Positions 59,318-64,000 of a DNA stretch of 64,000 nucleotides are shown here, piece after piece (position 1 is the stretch's first letter; every line of letters starts with the position of its first letter). The notes under the pieces are model-generated. The model saw only the letters and a list, made by a program, of their open reading frames with translations, searched no databases and was not told the DNA's origin. The stretch comes from Dudresnaya verticillata. Taxonomy: Eukaryota. The DNA lies in contig OZ374564.1 of NCBI GenBank assembly GCA_977862235.1, positions 1,612,001-1,676,000 of the forward strand, written 5' to 3'. The position numbers and the translations under genes were made by a program.

Positions 59318-60216
59318 ATGAACAAAGCAGTTCAACTAGAAGCATACCCGTCCTTCGTGTTCAACTTCGTGATGAATACCTCGCTGAGACCGGTGTCTTC
59401 GCTGGAATTAGCATAATTTCCCATTCTCCCCTGCTCGAGCCTGGAGGTGCCCCCCAGCTCATCAAGTTTCTCTCAGCATTACCGCACAATTCTATCATTT
59501 TATTAGTGGACGCCCTGAACAAGCATAACAGAATGGCAATGGGTCGAGGGGGGGCCCGTAATGGATGCAAAGAAGACCACGCCTTGGAAATCAGTTTGCG
59601 TTGTGGCGATCTGTATGCGGAGGCCCTACAGAGCGCTATCGATGAAAACCGGGACATCGCCGGAACAGGAAAGATTACTGTCGTTCGTTGGCAGGAAGTC
59701 ATTGATGGGAACAAGATAAAGCAAGAGGCCATTGCTCACAAACACTATGATGCTAATGACGTCTTTCGGGAGAGAGTCGATGAGATTGCTACGAGTTTTC
59801 TCTACCATCGTCTTCCTAAGTGCAAACATATTGACCACAGGCTGCCACATCTGGTCAACTACCTATTGGGGGAAATGGCATCCATCGTTACCGGTGTGAA
59901 GTACAATGGGCAACATTTCCGTACCCTAGTTTATCCGGCCACTACAGAAGCAATGGAGGAAGTGAAGGGATGCCCGGGAGCACACACTATGTGGAAACTC
60001 ATGGACGACATTCACAATGACCCCGCCTTTTATGATCTTAAGCAGGAGTTAATAGAGGCAGATGGCGGAGTCGAGGCAAGGAACGGGGTAGCTATCCTAC
60101 CAATTCTTCGACATGCCGAGGAAAAAGAGGCTTCCGAGGCCGAACGTTGTCCGGTGAGAAACCTGATTCGAGGAGAGTCTCGTGGTTTGGAGGACCACGA
60201 AGCGGACGGGGATTAG
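59318..60216 (+). CDS. tRNA-dependent cyclodipeptide synthase (CDPS)-like, XYP type; start codon out of frame or uncertain
   Basis: Frame of ORF 59506 is open back to 59047 and reads VFAGISIISHSP (catalytic Ser 59410), ILLVDALNKHN, VVRWQEV, YDANDVFRERVDE, NYLLGE (Tyr 59860, Glu 59872) and LVYP (59932). Confidence 0.8.
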
Positions 60217-60771
60217 TTTCGTCCTTGTGTGGAAGAAACATAGCAAAGGCCAACATGAGCACACTCTGGGCGAAAAGATTACGATATAAGGCTAAGTGTT
60301 CAAGCTACGTAATTGTTACGATCCGCGCTTGATCAAAGTAAAGAAATTCGCACGCTAACGCTCCGCGAACACAATCGCGCTCGCACAGGAAGAACGGCAA
60401 CAAATTGGCGCTGCAATCGCACGTCGCGCGCCCGACGTCAGTTTATTGCCCGCCAGAATGGGACGGGATTGCCAGGGGCCGGTCCACAGCCGTGCCACTA
60501 GGACTCGCTCATCGTCCCCTAAAGTCCAGGCTCTTTGGTCATGCTCCTATTCGGCGAAGCGACCTCCAGAGACCACCACAGATCGTAGTTGGTCTTGTTC
60601 TTTCTTCCCCATCCAGTACCTCTCTTCTTACTGACAGTCCCCGGGTCTCCATCTTGATCAAGAGCCCATTGCATCGCCTTCCACGTTTGTGGCGTATGGG
60701 ACAGGGTGTCCCTTTCACTTTTCGCGTGCTGTAAAGCCTGTACGGAAATAAAAAGGTACTACTAAGGATAG

Positions 60772-61478
60772 TGTGGCATAGACATCAGGTCGAACTGGCG
60801 CCTAGCGCCGCTGGATTCGTCGTCGCACCGAGACCCGTCTAAGGGTGGTAGCGGGAGGTGGTAGAGCGGTATTGTCGGCCGCCCGCGCCGTCGACGGTCG
60901 CGGAGCAACGGCGTCAAAGCCTGAGCGCGCACGGGGCGGATCGTACGCGGGTGGCAGCGGCCGGATCCCTTCATCCCCGTCGTGGGGCAGCACGAAGCCG
61001 ACGGTAGGGTACGTAAAAGGAAGGGCTAGGCGGCTAGGGAAAGAGGGAATCCGTAGGGCGAAATACTGGGAAACACACCCAAAGCAGGAAGGGACAAGCC
61101 TGGCATAGGCTGGCCTGCCTTTGTTTACTCAAGCCCAGAGGGGCGACTACTAAATAGACTACAGGCCCTGCGGCGGCACCAACCCGGGAGGTGCGCCGGC
61201 GTGCCCCTACACGCGTCGACGCGTACGGGTAACGAAAACCCGGGGGCGCGCGTAGGCGAAACGGTCCACAAGTACTCAACGGCTCGACGCCGGAGTACGC
61301 GCGCTCGTTTCACAGCCTCAAAGGCTCTACGCCAGAGTGCGTGCGCACGGTGCTCGGGACAGCAGGTCGTTCGACCGCCGCTTACACTAGACAGTGCTGT
61401 GCACTACAAAAACATAAACGCAGAAATTAGAAATTACACGAGAGTTTCAGTGTCACGCGTTTACGCGTTGGCGCCACA
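60772..61478 (-). mobile_element. LTR related in layout to 3860..4534
   Basis: TGTGGC...GCCACA termini; AT-rich block, then TAGTGTAAG, TATTTA and GAGTAAAC in the same order; no TSD or clear PPT. Confidence 0.6.
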
Positions 61479-61542
61479 TTGCACTGAATTACAGCTCCAG
61501 TGGGGTTCTGCGCCTCCGGCTGATAGCTGTGGGGTGGCCAAG

Positions 61543-62002
61543 ATGGCGCCCGGGATTGGCCATCGGGCCCCCGGGCGTCCGTCGGTGACGGACGTCGATG
61601 CCCCGTCGGGTGTGCCCGCGCTGAGCCGCGACGGGCTATTTATGGAGCCGCCTCTGGGGCTACGAGGGGCGAGAGCGGTCGGGCCATCGCTCACCACGAC
61701 CGCCAACTCCCCGCGTGCTGTCCTTTGTATGCAAGAACTGCACGCTCCTAGCTTCGACGCTTTCAACCTCCTCCTTCCTTCCCTCATCGTCAGCTTCGAC
61801 GCGGCGATGGAGTCACGCGAGCCTATGGCGGGCGGCGCCTCTACCGAGGGGGCACCGGTCTTCAACCCCACCACGTCGATCGAGTCAGTCGCGGTGGGTG
61901 GATCTGCCGAGCCGGTGCCAAAGGCGCCGGCGTGCGGGGAGGCGCGGCCCTCGACGGCCGCGCCAGCCGCGGAGCGACCTTCGAAGGTCGCTGCGGCAGA
62001 GG
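61543..62002 (+). CDS. Start of a probable antisense accessory ORF, interrupted by the LTR at 62003
   Basis: AAGATGGCG start just outside a minus-strand LTR, as at 4550; Pro/Ala-rich. Confidence 0.4.
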
Positions 62003-62873
62003 TGTGGTGCAAGGGGAGGGCTGCCCCTTTTTCACTTTGAGCGTATTATATGGCAACGTCTACCGACGATACTTCAACTGCCGTTGGCGCGCGAACACGT
62101 CATGGACGATTGGCCCACGGGCATACGGCCGCCGTTACCCCGCGCGGCGCGGCGCGCACGCGCACTGTACGTGCAGATCCGGATGTATCATCCCGCTCGA
62201 CAAGGCAAAAGGCACACACCTGTAAGCATGGCCCGGATCCGGATCGGATCCGGATGGGACATCGGGATCCGGCATCGGGATCCACAGTGATGTAAGGTAC
62301 GCGCCTGTAATGGCCGCGCGCCAGCAATGCTGGCAGGGATCTGGATCCGAATCCGGATCACTCGCACTTCTACACGCGTGCGCCTGTAAGTCACCCATTG
62401 CTCGCATGCACGCCTGTAAGCTACTCCTGAGCTCCCGCTCACGCGGCTGCATGGCGACGACGACGTGTCAGACACTCAACGGCGCGACACGCGTCCTGAG
62501 TCCCCGCGCACCGCGCCCGCCACCGCCGCCCGCGTAGTATATTAGGTAATCCGTCTGAGACGTTGAGTAAACCCCGGACAAGCCGGCGGTGGTCCAGACT
62601 TCCCCGCTACGCACGTGCGTACCCTCCGCTACCGCTGCCTACGGCCTAAGTGTCTACCTCCCGTGCTCCCACGTTCATCACCGTCCTTGACGTGTTTCCT
62701 TTTTGTTCTCTTTTGTTCTTCCTTTCCGCCCCGGGCGTTTTTCAGTCCGCCCAAGGCGTGTCAACTGCTCTACCACCAGCCGCCCAAGGTGAGGCTACTC
62801 ATCGCCACGGGCGTCGCTACCCACCGAGCCCCGAACTGCTCGGCGGTGTTCCGTCTAGGACTTTTGCACCACA
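62003..62873 (+). mobile_element. 871-bp 5' LTR followed by a PBS (62876..62892)
   Basis: Perfect 10-bp terminal inverted repeat TGTGGTGCAA...TTGCACCACA; TATATTA and GAGTAAAC; internal GGATCC and CCTGTAA repeats. Confidence 0.85.
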
Positions 62874-63000
62874 TCTGGTCGCCCGACCTAGAATTGTGCT
62901 TCGTTTCAACGAGTGACTCCGTCGTGTGACGTCCGACTTTCCGTCTTCAGACGTTCGACGCCAATCGTCCACGACGTTCAAGCAACTCTACGACTGCATA

Positions 63001-64000
63001 ATGGCCTCACAACCGCCGCTGTCGCGAGGCCCAAGTTCAAGAAGACCGTCATCGACGCCTGGGAGTGTCCCCGCGTCAGAACGGTCGCTATAGCGGATGA
63101 CAACAAGATCAGGACGCCTCGTGAGTCCGGAGATCGCGTCGACCTTCCCGACGCCACCCCGGGCCACGGTCACGCAGGCTCCCATGCGTCGCTTAACGGA
63201 GGAGAGTTACCTCCCCCGCCGACGCGCATTCCTGTTGCCGTCCGCACATCAGTCCCCGAGGGATCGGCCCTCCGCACCTACCGCTCCTACGTTGACTCGG
63301 GTGATACAGTACAAACCGAGCAACAGGGCGTCGTAGACGGAAGACAAGTCGACACCGTGAGGAACAACCGGAACTTCCGGATCAAGAAACCATCCCCGTC
63401 AGCAACTATCAGAGGCACTCCGCGGATCGCAACGTCGCTGAAGACCCATTAACACCTGGGGCATGCTGCCCCGCTCCCCACGGCAGCGCCGGTTGCTCGC
63501 CGGCTAAGCCGAAGTCGCCAAGCCAAAGGGCTGCAGGAACGCCCAACCGGTCAACCCCCGAAAGCCATCCGCCAACGGCGTCACCCTCGGCCGTCCCCGT
63601 GAGCAACTTAACGATACCACGCGAACGGATCCGAGAGGTATGTGTCTTGGAAGACGATGATCTGCTCGCAAGGTTCGCCGGTTTGCCAGACGACAGTGTC
63701 GGAGGAATCGCAAGTCGTCTACAGACGTTGGAAGAGGATCGGTACGGCGCCCTACAAGGGCTTCGCTCCGATCTTGACCGTCTATTGACGAACCAAAACG
63801 CCCATGGCGAAGGTACCCAACCACCGCCGGCAGTCACGGTCCATTCGCACTCTGCGCTTAGCTCACGCGAATGCTTTCAGCGACTGGCGACTCGCTTAGA
63901 GCGTCTTGAAACCGCCAAGTGGCGCAACGGTACACCGTTGGGTGGCGAGAGATTGTGCGAAGACCGTCACAGACGCAAGGATCGGAAGAGACGCCGTCGT
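63001..64000 (+). pseudogene. gag: Degenerate gag N-terminal region, runs off the window
   Basis: Follows LTR and PBS; fragmented Pro/Ser-rich frames, then an open frame to the edge ending in an Arg-rich block like that in gag 2457..3695. Confidence 0.5.

Overview
Eukaryotic, transposon-rich window with compact, mostly intronless genes. The gene set and retroelement types suggest a red alga (inference; no database search was possible). Host genes: a microbial-type class I terpene synthase (10.5 kb), an SLC6/SNF symporter, a secreted PAN + Cys-repeat + PI-PLC-X fusion, two near-identical CK1-like pseudokinases on the arms of a 1.9-kb inverted repeat, a type II sulfotransferase-like protein, two small secreted proteins, a spliced FG-GAP/ASPIC-UnbV gene with an 18-nt microexon, a broken SAM methyltransferase and a RAMA-domain ORF. 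The most notable locus is a tRNA-dependent cyclodipeptide synthase (CDPS)-like gene at 59.3-60.2 kb, whose catalytic N-terminal part is missed by the ORF track. Mobile DNA: Ty3/gypsy elements (shared-LTR tandem, -1 frameshift signal, 952-aa antisense ORF starting at the PPT, internal PPT duplicate), a stack of RLE-type non-LTR 3' ends separated by (CT)n tracts, and a 150-180 bp TG..CA element with a tRNA-like T-arm that occurs intact, as a fold-back and as a half-inverted copy.
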